A stretch of DNA of 64,000 bases, taken from Vermamoeba vermiformis (taxonomy: Eukaryota). Positions 37,981 to 50,958 of the stretch are shown piece after piece. The notes under the pieces were generated by a model, which made no database searches, was not told the DNA's origin, and worked only from the letters and a program-made list of their open reading frames with translations. Location: positions 248,001 to 312,000 of the forward strand of contig JBEWZL010000306.1 in assembly GCA_045837725.1 (NCBI GenBank), written 5' to 3'. Positions within the stretch are counted from its first letter, which is position 1; the number at the start of each line of letters is the position of its first letter. The translations under genes were made by a program, and so were the position numbers.

Positions 37981-40080
37981 ATGGATCTTCACTTCGTTTA
38001 CGAGGACGTTCAATTGCAAGAAGTGCAACTTGATGCTTTGGTACGAGATACATAGATGCCAACTACATCCACAATTTTTTGTTGATCGTGGTCTAAGCGA
38101 GCAATAATATTCATAATATTATAAAAATAGGTTGCTTTCAAGATTATCAAGCACAGCCGCGAGAATGCTCCAGATATTGTTACTGGTCAATTATTGGGAT
38201 TAGATATAGGAAACGTTTTGGAAGTTACTTACGCTTTCCCTATGCCCTCCAGGTAATTATTCAAAATATTATATGCATAATAACACGCGATCGTATGAAT
38301 TTGGAATTAATAAGGGTGATCAAACAGAGATGAGGACGAAGATCCGGCTAAATCAAGCCAAGCTGCCGCTGAATTCCAAATTGATATGATGAGACAACTC
38401 AGAGAAGTTAACGTCGATAATAACACAGTAAGTGCAATTAAAATTGACAGAGTTGAGAAACGGATCGAAAGATCAAATCCCAACTTAAATTTTATTATTT
38501 GATCGATTACATTATTATCCACGATACAAAAATATTTACACGATCTAATTATTAGGTTGGCTGGTACCAATCAGCATTTTTGGGTTCGCAATTCACCGAT
38601 GCGAGCATGATTGAAGCTCAATTCCACTATCAATCAAAACAAGATATTCGCCGTGCTATTGTATTGTGCTACGATCCTTTGAGGACGGGACACGGTTCAT
38701 TGGACTTCAGAGTACGTACTAACCCCACTGAAAAATTTAAAATATTTTTGTGACGCGATCTGGAGATTTTTTAGCCTTGAGGCTATTCGTAATCTATATA
38801 ATGCCATATGATGTGATTTCAAATAATTATTGACACATTTTTTTGCTTTATTTAGGCTTACAGATTGAGCGACAAGTTTTTCAAGTTGTACAGACAAAAG
38901 AACTTTACCAAGGAAAGGTAAGCGTTATAACATGATCGATGCATTATTATAGCATCCAATTGACGGCTTAATAACGATGTATATGACAGCTTGGCTGAAA
39001 ACAATGTTTCATTCAAAGACGTGTTTCAAGAAATCCCCGTCAAGGTACGCTACTTGGTGACATTTTTCAGACAATGGTTTTGTGTTTATCGCTTATTATT
39101 GCGTATTATTATTGTGCCCGAGTAATAGCATATGATACGATTATTTTTGCGGCAATGATGAATAATTAAAGTTCCTTTGGCTGTCGGAAACATAGTGACG
39201 AAGAAGTGACTTTTCTGAGCACAAAAATAATCGTTAAATCAAAAACGATAGCGAATATGGCATAATAATAAGCAAAAAATACCATAATAATCATTGTTGC
39301 ATCGTTAAGAGCAAGTTTTATTTTTGATCTCGATCCGCCTATTTTATTCGTTCCAGAGACTAATGATTTATTTGCAAATAGATTGTCACCTCCACTATTA
39401 TGCGCGCAATGATCATGCAATTGGCAGCTGAATACCCCGAAGATGTTGGCACGAACTTCGACTCGTTAGAATTGACTTGGAGTCCGTTCTTGGAGAAGAA
39501 CTTGGATGTGTTGATCGATTGCATTTCTGATTTGCAAGGCGAACAGAACGAGAACGGCAAGTGGTTGCGCCAAGTTGGTCGTTTGCAACAACAACAGCAA
39601 CAATTTTTACAGAAACGAGTAAGTACTGCCTCGATCTGGTCTCGATCCATTTTTTTTCGTCTTAGCACGGTTTAGGCTAATATCAATGCCGTATACATAT
39701 TATAGTAACACAATACAATAATGTTATGAATATGATGTTATTGTAGTTTATATTCAAAATTTAGATCTTGGTTGGATCGCGTGTTCGAGCAGCTGTGATA
39801 TAGTTACTAATTATTGCTTGTATTTGAACAGAAAGCAGAAAATGCTCAACGAAAGGCCAACGGTGATGCACCTCTGCCCGAGTCACTCAAAGAACTTGAG
39901 GTTGAGAATCCGCAATTGTTTAAGTTGCCCGCCGAGCCCAGCAAGATGGAGTCCTTGTTGATTGCTAACCAAATTAACTACCACTGCGAGCAAATCATTG
40001 GTTTTGGTGGCCAAACTGTTAGTAAGCTTTACTTGGCCTCGACTTTGAAAGAGAATGCTCCAGCTCAACAACAACAGTAA
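37981..40080 (+). CDS. EIF3H: Translation initiation factor 3 subunit H (MPN domain)
   Basis: VQLDALVAFKIIKH, VTGQLLGLD, LEVTYAFP, LREVNVDNNTVGWYQS, FLEKNLDVLIDCI, EPSKMESLLIANQINYHC. Confidence 0.95.
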
Positions 40081-40494
40081 ATCTGGATGTGTGCGAAAAA
40101 ACAAATCAAAAAACGATCCTTTCGCTTAAGTTAAGGCGAATTTTTGCGTCATTATATAATAAAGTATCATTAAAATAGCAGCTTCCTCCTCGGTGATCCT
40201 GTTTGAAATTGGATGTTGCTCGATCTTTTTGTTCATGGGTGATTTCTGTTTTATAATGATGTCTACTGCTAAATAATAAGGACTTACGTCGACCACTTCT
40301 CGTCGGGTATTTTTAGCTTGGTCAAAGTAAATTTCGTGAGTGTTTGGTCAAATTTCATTTCCTGCGTTCTTTTACGTAAAACGGCAATTCAATACGGCAC
40401 CACCGAATATCTATCATAGTGTATAGTTAATATTTGTACATACGAGTATATTATTGTATATTTATTGGAATCAAGCTAAGTATTTCAGCTGAAA

Positions 40495-43400
40495 ATGGCT
40501 TCGAGCGCAGTTGCAGCTGATCCTTCGTGTTTGGAGGTGGAGAAGGTAAAATATTATAATATTAATTAGTATTAAGATATTAATAATGGAACTAACGTTC
40601 GATAAGGCCTGAAATTTGGTGATACAATTTCAAATAATAATTTGATCTGCGTCGTGAATTGAGTTTTAATTGCGATTTTATTATAGGAGCTAATACAAGA
40701 TCTCAAGAACAATTTAATAGCATTTAAAAAATTAATGACGGACCCTGGATTTGCAAAGAGTTTAGAAGCAAATTTAATAATCTTACACAAATCTTTGTCA
40801 TATCCGATGCTCGTTGAAGACTCTCACGAATGGTAAGGCCATTATTAAAATAATTACAGATTATACAATAGGGCTGCAGTAAATATTGTTCAATAATTTC
40901 ATTCCCGAATCTGAAATCCGCTCAGCCTGCTTCTTTCAATAAGAATTTTATTACTTTTGGCATCACAATAATATTGATAGTCTCATAAATGCATATTTCT
41001 TATTCTAATCGATTTTCAGCCTTCGATCGCTGATCAAAGCTCACAACGAAACGGTTATACTTCAAATGATGATCTATTTATTCATGGCTATTGACAAAAT
41101 GCAAAAATCAGAAGAAAAAGAGACTATAGCGCAGACATTCAACTTTATTCTACACGAGTTACAAAACAAACCGAACGAAGATCTGATCGTCAACGTGGTC
41201 AATACTTTTTTGCACGTAGTATTGACGAATATTAGGCCGGTACGTATTACTGAAAGATTTTATCTCAAATAATCATTATTTTAATGCAAATTGAATAATT
41301 TTTGATTGAACATTTTGGAGCCTTTAGCTTTCGAAAATATCATAAATTAAATATCTATGTAGATTATAAGACCAAACCTTATTCTTTTAGGAGCAAGCAT
41401 CTATAAATCATACGAGTTTTCTGCTTGATCCAAAAAAAATTCATTAATTTTCGTATTGCAATCTTTTAACCTATATTTAGAGCAATGCCGAATATGCGAC
41501 GTCAATCCTCTCAATGCACCACAGATTTGCGTCAATAAGTCGACTACGAAGTCAATTGTTGCGCATGTTTGATATTGGCGGCTATTTTTGTACTGGCGTC
41601 TTGTTGGGGTCTGGAACTATTGGCAGCGTATATAAAGGTATGAATATACTATAAATATATTTTCTAAAGTATCATAATGCATATTACTACCATTAAAAGC
41701 AATCTAAGCGATTTCGATTTCCATCACTGGATCTGTTTACGATTGCTAACTTTCAGTTGTCGATAAAAATATTATACATACGTGCAAAATAATTATTGAG
41801 CTAATAATGTGATTATTTAGGTTTCCACAAAGAGACAGGCAATGTCGTAGCGATCAAAGCAGTCGCGTACACGGACAAATCACCGCACCACAAAAAAGCA
41901 TTGAAACGTGAAGTTCAAATGATGAAATATATGTCACATCCTAATATAGTAAGTATTGCCTATTATAGAAGGAGACAATATGTCCGGTTACTTTTGGCAT
42001 CATTTTAACCACTTCGTTTAATAGGTTCGGCTATATGATGCATTAAAGGACGATAAATATCTATATTTGGTCATGGAATTATCTCCGCTGGGAGATTTAG
42101 AGAATTGGATCTCGAATTACAGCACCAAACACGGACGACTGTCTTATCCGCTGATGATTCATTTCATGCACGAACTAGGTACGATATATAACGGCATAGT
42201 AGTATATGCTATATGATGCTAATAGTTGTCTATTATAGCAAATGGATTGAAATTTTTGCGAAGTAAAATGATCGTGCATCGCGATCTGAAGCCCGATAAT
42301 TTTTTGGTGTTTGAAGATGAGAACAGCAAAGAAATGCGATTGAAGCTAAGGTACTATAGTATAATGACACTATGATGCTTATTACTTGTTAACGCCATTT
42401 CACTTATTTGCAGCGATTTTACGAGTGCGCGACAATTGAACGACGGAGAATTGACCAAATCGCTATGGGGCACACCTATTTACATGGCACCCGAGCTGTT
42501 AGATCACAAGAAGTATACTGACAAGGCTGATTTATGGTACGTATCCTTCATCATAGTATTAAGCATCTACTTGGATCTGCGTAACACACGAGGATCCAGA
42601 CATTATTTTCAAGACGGGTTTGCTAATTTTATGTTGCGTATAGGTCAGTCGGAGTGATCATGTATCGTCTGTTATATAACTCACTGCCCTATACTGGTCA
42701 ATCGTGGGCTGAACTCGCTAACAACATCAAAACATTGCCGCTGACATTCCCTGCCAACGTCGAGATTGGTGATGACGCACGTGATTTGTTGATGAGACTA
42801 TTGAGACGTGATCCTTATGAAAGGTAAGTCTATGAATGAAGGTCTTAATTATCAAATACTACTAATGTTGCGGTTGAGTGAAATTAATTTTTGCAAATTT
42901 TTCGACCCCATAACTTTTGGCACTTTAAACCTTTACTTGGAAGTAGCCTCAATGTACTAATATGGTAATTATAGAATAAGCTGGGAGGAATTCTTCACGC
43001 ATTCGTTCTTCACGAATCCAATTCGTCGCCCGAACTCAGCGCCAGACTCGCCAAAGAGCTCAGATGCGCTCCGGCAAGAAATGCAAGATCAATTGAACAA
43101 ATACAAAGACGCGTTTAATTCTTCGCAACAACAAATTAAACTGCTCGAACAACAGTTAAAAGAAGCACATGAACGTGAGACTCGCATGGAAGAGTTGATC
43201 TCGCAGATGCGCGATAAGGATCAGTCTGAAGACACTGACGTACGTAGTTAATAGCTAATATTGCGTATTTTACTAACTGTTATATCTAGTCTATGAGAAG
43301 AAAGATTCAAGAGCTCGAAAAAGAGCGCGCGATTTGGATGGCGTCAGCCGAAAGCAGATTGGGATCTGACAAATCGAGCGAGGCGCTAGTGAACTCACTT

Positions 43401-44459
43401 AAGAGTGAAATAGAGCGACTAAAGAATAATGCCGCTAAGAATGGCAAGAATAACTTCCAAGAGTTGGAGCTTGGTTTTCGCGAGCAGATCGAGGTCTTAA
43501 ATCGACGAATCAAAGAGCTCGAATTGGAGAATTCAGGTCACGCCGAGCAATATAATACCATTATGAACTTGTTTAAGAAGGACGTTGAAGATATTGAACA
43601 AAGCAACTCACAGCTTCAGAAGGAAAAAAATCTCTTGGAAGAAGAACTCAAGCGCTATAAGCTGTACGAGGCCGAAAACAGGTCTTTGCAGCAGATTGTG
43701 CGCCAATTGAAAGGTAAGGCACATAATTTAAGAAAAAATTGCATCGCGATCAGCGGATGCATCCAGTACGAAAACTCCACTGGACGGGCTTTTTCCATTT
43801 AACTGGTTAAATATTTATTTTGATTATTTGTCTAAATAATTTATTTTACAGAGAAGGAAGAAGAAAAGGACAGACAAATCCTTGGCATGTCCGAAGAAGT
43901 CGAGCGATTGCGAAGGGACAACGCTACGTATGAGAAGCAGTATATCGAGATATTGAGCGAGTCATTGAAGACGGAAGAGACGTCGAAGTTGAACGACGAA
44001 ACGATTTCCTTATTAAGGTAACAATTGAATTCAATTTTCCTTTACGAGACAATTTTTTTTGCTGTCATCAGTCTTTGCTTGTGAGCAAGAAATTTGAAAA
44101 TAGTACTGCTCTTATACGCATTCAAATTTACTCGTATCAGAATTATTTTCTTCGGATCCAAGCCTCTTACGTAACTTGGTTCGAGCCATTGGCAGGATCT
44201 AATTCCATTTTCAACAGAGAGAAGCTGCGCGAGACAGAGCTGATATTAGCAGAGTGCCAAAAAGACCGAGAACATTTAACGCAGGAGTTGTCTCGATTTC
44301 GGACCGTCTCGTCGGGCGAGTTCGCTCGATCTAAAAAAGACGACAGAGAAGATAAAAAAGAACGAGCTCGAGGGAATTCAGGAAAAAGTTAACGGTGGTA
44401 ATAATAGTAATGGTCCTAATAACAATAATGGTACGAACAACGATTGTATTATTGCTTAA
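40495..44459 (+). CDS. ATG1/ULK-like Ser/Thr kinase with helical N-terminus and long C-terminal coiled coil; stop at 44392 or 44459 depending on frame
   Basis: LGSGTIGSVYKG, VAIK, HPNIV, HRDLKPDN, DFT in place of DFG, GTPIYMAPE, KADLWSVG, RISWEEFFTHSF (ULK-like), then a long coiled coil. Confidence 0.8.
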
Positions 44460-44609
44460 TTAAGCCTTGACAAAAAATGTAAAATAAAGAAGCTTTTGAC
44501 TAAGTCTACAATTTATTTCAAAAATATGTTTATGCTAGGCATATAGTAGTACAATAGGATATGAGTCCAAATAGTCCTAAGGTAGACGAGCGAAGTCGCG
44601 TAACGGATC

Positions 44610-45214
44610 TTAATCGAAGTGAACAGTACCACCCATTTCACCCCAGTCTCCTGCACGACCGCTGCCCACGGAAGTAATAACCTAAATAATGTAAGTTATT
44701 TTCCTTTTAGATAGCCAACAACTGGAATTTCTACGGATCAGGTCTTACCTTCAAAGTTCCCTTAAATTGGTTGCCGTTGATGGTACCGGTGTACTGGTTG
44801 ACTTGACCGTTAGAAAAGGTCGCAGTGACGTTCATTTGGTTGTTGACAAGAGTACCAGAGTAGGTCTTTTTGAGGTTGCTGGCGTCGTTGTCGTTCTTGT
44901 TGCCACCGCTCACATTGCCTGACGCATCCACTTCGAACTTCATTTCCCAACCAGTGGTGTGAATGTTGGCAGGTTGTCCATTAGCTTTCGAAGGTTGTTA
45001 GAGAGTTGAAGTACAATTAAAGTACAATTTTTGTAACGGATGCAGCAGCATTTAAAGAATTTGTAAAATTAGCTGACCATAGTTTACATCGAGGAAAATA
45101 TTATTCGAGTCTTGCTAAACCGTTAGCAAACCTCTAACTAAAAAGAAGAGACTTACATTGTTTCCACGTGGCCCAGCCGTCGCTACCGCCGCCAATTTTA
45201 ACCTTGCGAGACAT
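44610..45214 (-). CDS. Small (about 108 aa) G/N-rich probable all-beta protein, 3 exons
   Basis: MSRKVKIGGGSDGWATWKQS|NGQPANIHTTGWEMKFEVD...FKGTLK|VITSVGSGRAGDWGEMGGTVHFD*, joined by canonical GTAAG..AG introns. Confidence 0.75.
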
Positions 45215-45588
45215 TTTGAACGTGTTGTTGTTTTGTTGAGTTGAAATGACAATAGGGGGCAAAAAATTTAAGTCGTGTGACAAATTTCCACCATAAAAGG
45301 AAATGCATGCGCTGGCACCTATTTTTGGCTTCACGACGCGTGCCATTTAAATTTTACCAATAAAGTACAATTCAAATCTTTCTGCGCCAGATTGACTATT
45401 TAAAACTGTAGTCCTACTCGCGAAGCATTTTTTTTCCACAATAGGTTCAAAGGGGTTGTTACTAAGGAAATAATTCCCTATTTTCGCTGGAACACGGCAT
45501 TCCCACTTTTTTCCGCGGGATCCAAAACTGTTCGACCAAAAAAAACGTGATCTGTTATTTTTAATTCAATTCCAACTGCTGGCAAGCC

Positions 45589-48044
45589 ATGGAACATAAT
45601 GACGTCTCAATTAACGAACTTCCGTTCGAGATTTTGATGGAGATCTTCGAGTATTTCTCGATCTCTGAAATTGCTCGCTTTCCAATGGTAATTATTTTAG
45701 AAAGCTACTTACAATATTGGAAAATTATTTGACCAAATCTGCCGAGACGTCAAGCAAATCGTTAAATCGTTCTGAATTTTCAAATTAATTATTTTTAAAA
45801 TCTCGTTTCGAGGGATTCCTTTTGGATTATGGTATTAACTAACAATAGCGTATCGTACAATATAGATAAATTATTGCGACGAATTTTTGTTCTGACATAT
45901 TTCTATTTTTTCAGACGTGCACTCATTGGCGTGATCTGATGCAACAAGATCACTTCTGGGCCTCACTTGCACGCAAGACATATGGCCAATACGTTGGCGA
46001 GACTCCAACAAAAAAACAACTCGAAGAACTCTCAAAGCGATGTGGCCAAGGTAAAAATAATTATCATTTATTATTCAAAGTGCAATTGTCGTGTGACCAA
46101 TAGGGCGTTCATTAACTGATAACAAATTACCAAATATAGAACTTACATTCATGCACTGGCTGCAGTACAGATCGTTGTTCGGTCTGACCATGAACACGGC
46201 AGTTCACATTAGCGCATCCGTGCCTGACGAAGTGTTCGATTACAAAGTGACATTAGAGCCTGGCTTGAACACCGTAGAGATACCAAAACTTGACCTTTAT
46301 TATGGCAGTGCCATCCATGGCGGCCTAAGGTATGAAGCCCAAAAATTTGTTCGACAAACTACAACTGTTGACACGTGAAAAATATCTCTTGTGACACGTG
46401 TCAAAGTTTGATTTTTTCGCGTGTCAAAAAAATCTGAGGAAGGCTTTCAAAATCGTTTGCAGATACGTAACGTCGAAATACTCTTTTAAAATTATCGCTA
46501 GTGAGCTGTTCGCTAATATGTTTTCAATTAGAGCGCTCTCTTGGAACTCAACGTTTAATCTCGTAATTACGCCTGAATCTGGGGAACTAATCCGCAAAGA
46601 AATTCCGCTGATCAGTATTGGGGACATGAGTGTGCACGATCAAATTAGACAACGAGGAAAAGTCTACAAATACAAACTCAAACTCACAAAATTGGTAAAA
46701 AATATTAATATATTCATAATATTAATAAATTAATTAATTAATTATTAATTTTTACAGATGCTGTCGGAATTTTTCAGTAACGTAAGTCCTACATGTAGAA
46801 CGAATTTTTTTGGATTTCCATATCGCTAATTATATATTAAATCGTAGCGATATTATTGGGGATATACTATAGATATAAACCAGCAGTTAGATGTGTTGCA
46901 AGATTCGACGCATAGACTACTGCCGGATCTGAAGATGAAGATCGCCCGTGTCGGGTTTAAGTCGCATTGCTTCAAAGATGTATTTCGCTATGAAAACCCA
47001 TTTCTTTATCCACCGACATGCATAGTACCTTATGCATACGGCACAGGCACCTCTGCAAATTTTTGTTATCAGGATCTGAATGGTAAGTTCGACCGAAGTA
47101 TTTTTCTTTGGTATTAACTTATTGACTTTGATTATATTAGTGGTTCATGAATATATTCCAATTATAGTAAAAAACTTCAATGACACGATTAAGTCGCAAA
47201 TGCAGCTTTATTTGGCCGAGATTGTTTGCGGATTTGAGCTGCTTCATGAAAAGGGCTTGTATTTGGCGTACGTTTTAAATATTAATGACTATATAATTAT
47301 ATATATAATATATTAACTATTATTGTAGGGATTCTATTCCTGTCATTAAAAAAGACGGTAATTATATTACATTTTAAAAAAATATTTGAAGGACTTAGCC
47401 GATACTTATACGTGAAATTTCATCATTTTTACAGGTCATTTGCAGTTCATTTACGCAGGACCGCGTCAATTGCAGAATTATTCGTACTTCGGACTGCCAC
47501 CCGAAAAAGATCGACACCTCCAACAGATCGGCCTCAAGCCATCCGCTCTCTGCACGCCATTTCAAACGGACTGTTACGCACTAGGCATATTTTTGCTCGA
47601 AGTGTGCAGCGGTGAAGTGCTGTACAAACAAGTCAAGCAAGTGACTGCTGTGTCGGTGCCTGGGGGCTTGCCTGTTGAGATCCGAATGATGATATCAAAC
47701 GTAAGTCTAGTGGGATTTAATTATAGGCTAAGATTTGGTGTATCGAGTTGCGTTAAACAAAAAAATTCGCATAGAATTCAATTCCGTACAACTTGATGAT
47801 ATTTCCCTACTTCTTTCCTTTTTAGGAATGTCCGTGTGGACGCAAAATTTTACTAGTTCGGTTCGAAATTTTGTACTTAATGACAGATATTAACGTCGTT
47901 TTGTTAAAGTTGCTCAACAAGGATGGCAAAGAAAGACCGAAGACCTTGGCAGCGATCAAGAAAGAGCCGTACTTCAAAGGCATTGACTGGCAGAAGATGC
48001 GAAAACAGCAGTGGTCGCCAAAGTTCTTGCCTAATTTGGAATAA
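45589..48044 (+). CDS. F-box + beta-rich linker + degenerate AGC-type kinase domain, copy 1
   Basis: INELPFEILMEIFEYF...TCTHWRDL is an F-box. QLYLAEIVCGFELLHEKG, TDCYALGIFLLEV and LLNKDGKERP...IKKEPYFKGIDWQKM are AGC C-lobe motifs. No HRD, DFG or GxGxxG seen. Confidence 0.8.
46368..46428. repeat. Intronic imperfect palindrome centred on TGACACGTGTCA
   Basis: TTGACACGTGAAAAA...TGACACGTGTCA...TTTTTCGCGTGTCAA; related copies near 5979, 14163, 35462 and 49938. Confidence 0.65.
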
Positions 48045-48401
48045 ACCAGGGCATTAGCCCTCACTCGAAACTAAACCGCAAAGTTCGTGGTTTTTTATCT
48101 AAAAGGAATAGAAGAGCAGCACAGCGGCCAAAAAAGGCAATACCACAAGCGATTTGCGTCACTCCCTCGTACTGATGGCTCTACGAATGTCACTGTCGCT
48201 GCTCAGTTTCGCCGGGCCGAAAACATTTAGACTGCTCTTTCGTTGTGGGAAGTCAACGCTTTCACCGGATTTCAACAAAAGATCACTTACACCTCGCTCG
48301 ACACGACACTAAGAGCTAGACTCAATACCGCCAGATAAAGATATTTACGCCAACACTAACAATTTTGGTGGTTGACGATGTTGACGACAGCACGAATACT
48401 T

Positions 48402-50767
48402 TTATTCCAAATTAGGCAAGAAGCTCGGGGACCACTGCTGTTTTCGCATTTTCTGCCAATCAATAGCTTTGTTCTTGAAGTACGGCTCATTCTTGATCGC
48501 TGCAATGTTCTTCGCTCGGTTTGACGGATTGTTATCAAGCAGCTAAAAAAGAACAATAAGAAATTTAAGTCTTTTCGAGATTAATTACGGAACTTACGAG
48601 ATTTAGTAGCCAGTACAAAGGGTCGGTCGGGTGAAAGTTCGATGGAATTTTCGCACGTGTTACTTGATGGATCTGTTTTTGCACTAGTGTGCCAGTACAC
48701 ACTTCAAGCATAAATACACCGAGGCAGTAGCACTCAGTTTGGAACCAAGATCCCGAGCCCCGTTCGTTTTCAGGTGCAAGACCAAAATAGGAAAATACTT
48801 CGCGATCACGCGGTCCTACGTAAATGAACTGCAAATGTCCTACAGAACGGTTAAGTATTAAAAACAAATTACTATTTTCGGTCAAAAAAACTTACCATCG
48901 CTTTTGATGATTGGAATACAATCCCTGTCAATCGGAGTTAATCGAGTTGTATTACTAATAATTGAGTTACTGCTTACTTCATATGCAATCGGTTTTCATG
49001 AAGAAATTCAAAGCCGCAAACAATTTCTGCCAAATAAAGATGTATTTGCGACTTGATCTGGTCGTTGAAATTGTTCGCGAGAACGGAGGTGTATTCATGA
49101 ACTACAGAAACAGTTAGAATAGTTCACAAAATATCGAATTTCTATATTTGGCAACGTACGCTGCAAATTGCGATAAATAAAGACTACGGAAGAATCTGGG
49201 TATTGTTCTTTGAAAATTCCAGCTGGCGGATAAATGAAGGGGTTCTCATATCGATAGAGCTTCTTAAACATATGCATCTTGAAACCAACACGGGCCACCA
49301 GAAATTCGGTCGTTGTGCCTTGATACTCGAAATTGAACGGCACTAATGTGTCTAATGCTGTGATGGGATGATGTTGACTCCGCAGAAATTTGCACTTAAT
49401 AATTGATGAAAATTAGAAATAATTAATAAAAATTATTTTAAAAATGTCAAAGCACGAAAAATCACGACGCAAATTCGCGATGATAATTATAATTATAATT
49501 TTTAATAAAATTTGTATTATTGCTTACCAATTTGGCCTCACTAGCGAATTTAGGAGGTGCCGTAATAGCAAAAAGAAACATATTTCTGATTTCTTCAAGT
49601 TCGTTTTGCACCATTTTTGTAAGTTTCAGATTGAACTTAAAAGTTTTTCCGCGATGTCGGATCTGTTGTCTGCTCGTTGTTTCAGTGATATTGATTAAGG
49701 CGACTTCTTTTCGAATCGGTTCTCCATCTTCGGGTGTGATTACTATTGTAAATGTCGCGTTCCATTTCACAGCACTAATTTAAAGAATAATTAACGGCCC
49801 TGCCAGGATTTTACAAAGTTTATCAAAACTTCAATTTGACACGTCAAAAATGTTAGCGATATAACTAACCATATAATTTAATAAGAGTATTTTTTGACGT
49901 ATGAAACGCGTTTCGTTAGCGTTTAGTGAGATTGTTTTGACACGTGTCAAAGTTTGATTTTTTCACGTGTCAACAATTGTGGTTACGTGTCAGTCCGTTA
50001 CCTTATTCCACCAGTAAAATGTTGCGCGCGCCAAATAACTTTCGCGGGCTGATAGTCCGTGGCATATTAATTCACTTGTTTTTTTTTTTTTTTTTTCTTC
50101 AAACCAGGCTCTAATGTCACTTTGTAATCGAACACTTCGTCAGGCACGGATGCGCTAACGTGAACTGCCATGTTCATGGTCAGACCGAACAACGATCTGT
50201 ACTGCAGCCAGTGCATGAATGTAAGTTCTATATTTGGTAATTTTTTATCGGTTAATGAACGTCCTATTGGTCACACGACGATGAATGCGAATCATTATTA
50301 TTTTTACCGTGGCCACATCGCTGTGACAGTTCTTCGAGTTGTTTCTTTGTTGGAGTCTCGCCAACGTATTGGCCATATGTCTTGCGAGCAAGTGAGACCC
50401 AGAAGTGATCTTGTTGCATCAGATCACGCCAATGAGTGCACGTCTGAAAAAATAAGAAATATGTCAGAACAAAAATTAGTGCAATAATTTATCCATATTG
50501 ACTATACGCTATTGCGTTAGTTAATACCATAATCTGCGAAAAGAATCGCTCGAGACGATTTTAATAAAAATTAATTGAGAAAATTATTTCTGTTATTGAC
50601 GTTAGAAAAAACAAAGATTAATTCGAAATAATTACACGTTATTGTAAGTAATTTTATAAAATAATTACCATTGGAAAGCGAGCAATTTCAGAGATCGAGA
50701 AATACTCGAAGATCTCCATCAAAATCTCGAACGGAAGGTCATTGATGGAGAATGTGTCGCTATCCAT
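48402..50767 (-). CDS. F-box + degenerate AGC kinase, copy 2 (inverted paralog; in-frame TAA after an A18 run, possibly a pseudogene)
   Basis: MDSDTFSINDLPFEILMEIF... to IDWQKMRKQQWSPSFLPNLE*; similar exon layout to copy 1. Exon 3 reads EPGLKKKKKKKQVN*YATD. Confidence 0.7.
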
Positions 50768-50958
50768 ATCACTTTTCGCTGAAAGCTGGTGCTTCTCCGT
50801 GGCTCTCAAATAACCGCTCTATTTCAATCAGATTAGGGACATGCGATTCACAAATGATCCGCGAAATTTCGTGGAAACGATGTTTACGTACTGGAAACCG
50901 TGGCAAAGATGTTAGTTAGAAACCCAAAATCAGTTCCTATTTTCGCAGAACATACCAA

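Noticed and set aside
42541-42548. GTATCCTT U12-like donor in the ULK-like gene
   Set aside because: The frame (KADLW|SVG) requires the GTACGT donor 4 nt upstream, and the intron has a U2-type GCTAAT branch.
48170-48240. Hammerhead-like CTGATG...GAAA and RNase P CR-V-like TTTAGACTGCTC
   Set aside because: The core is CTGATGG rather than CUGANGA, the stems do not fit, and no matching CR-I was found.
50067-50069. Stop-codon reassignment to explain the in-frame TAA in F-box copy 2
   Set aside because: TAA ends most genes in the window (RFC2, eIF3h, VAC14, ACP), so the standard code applies.
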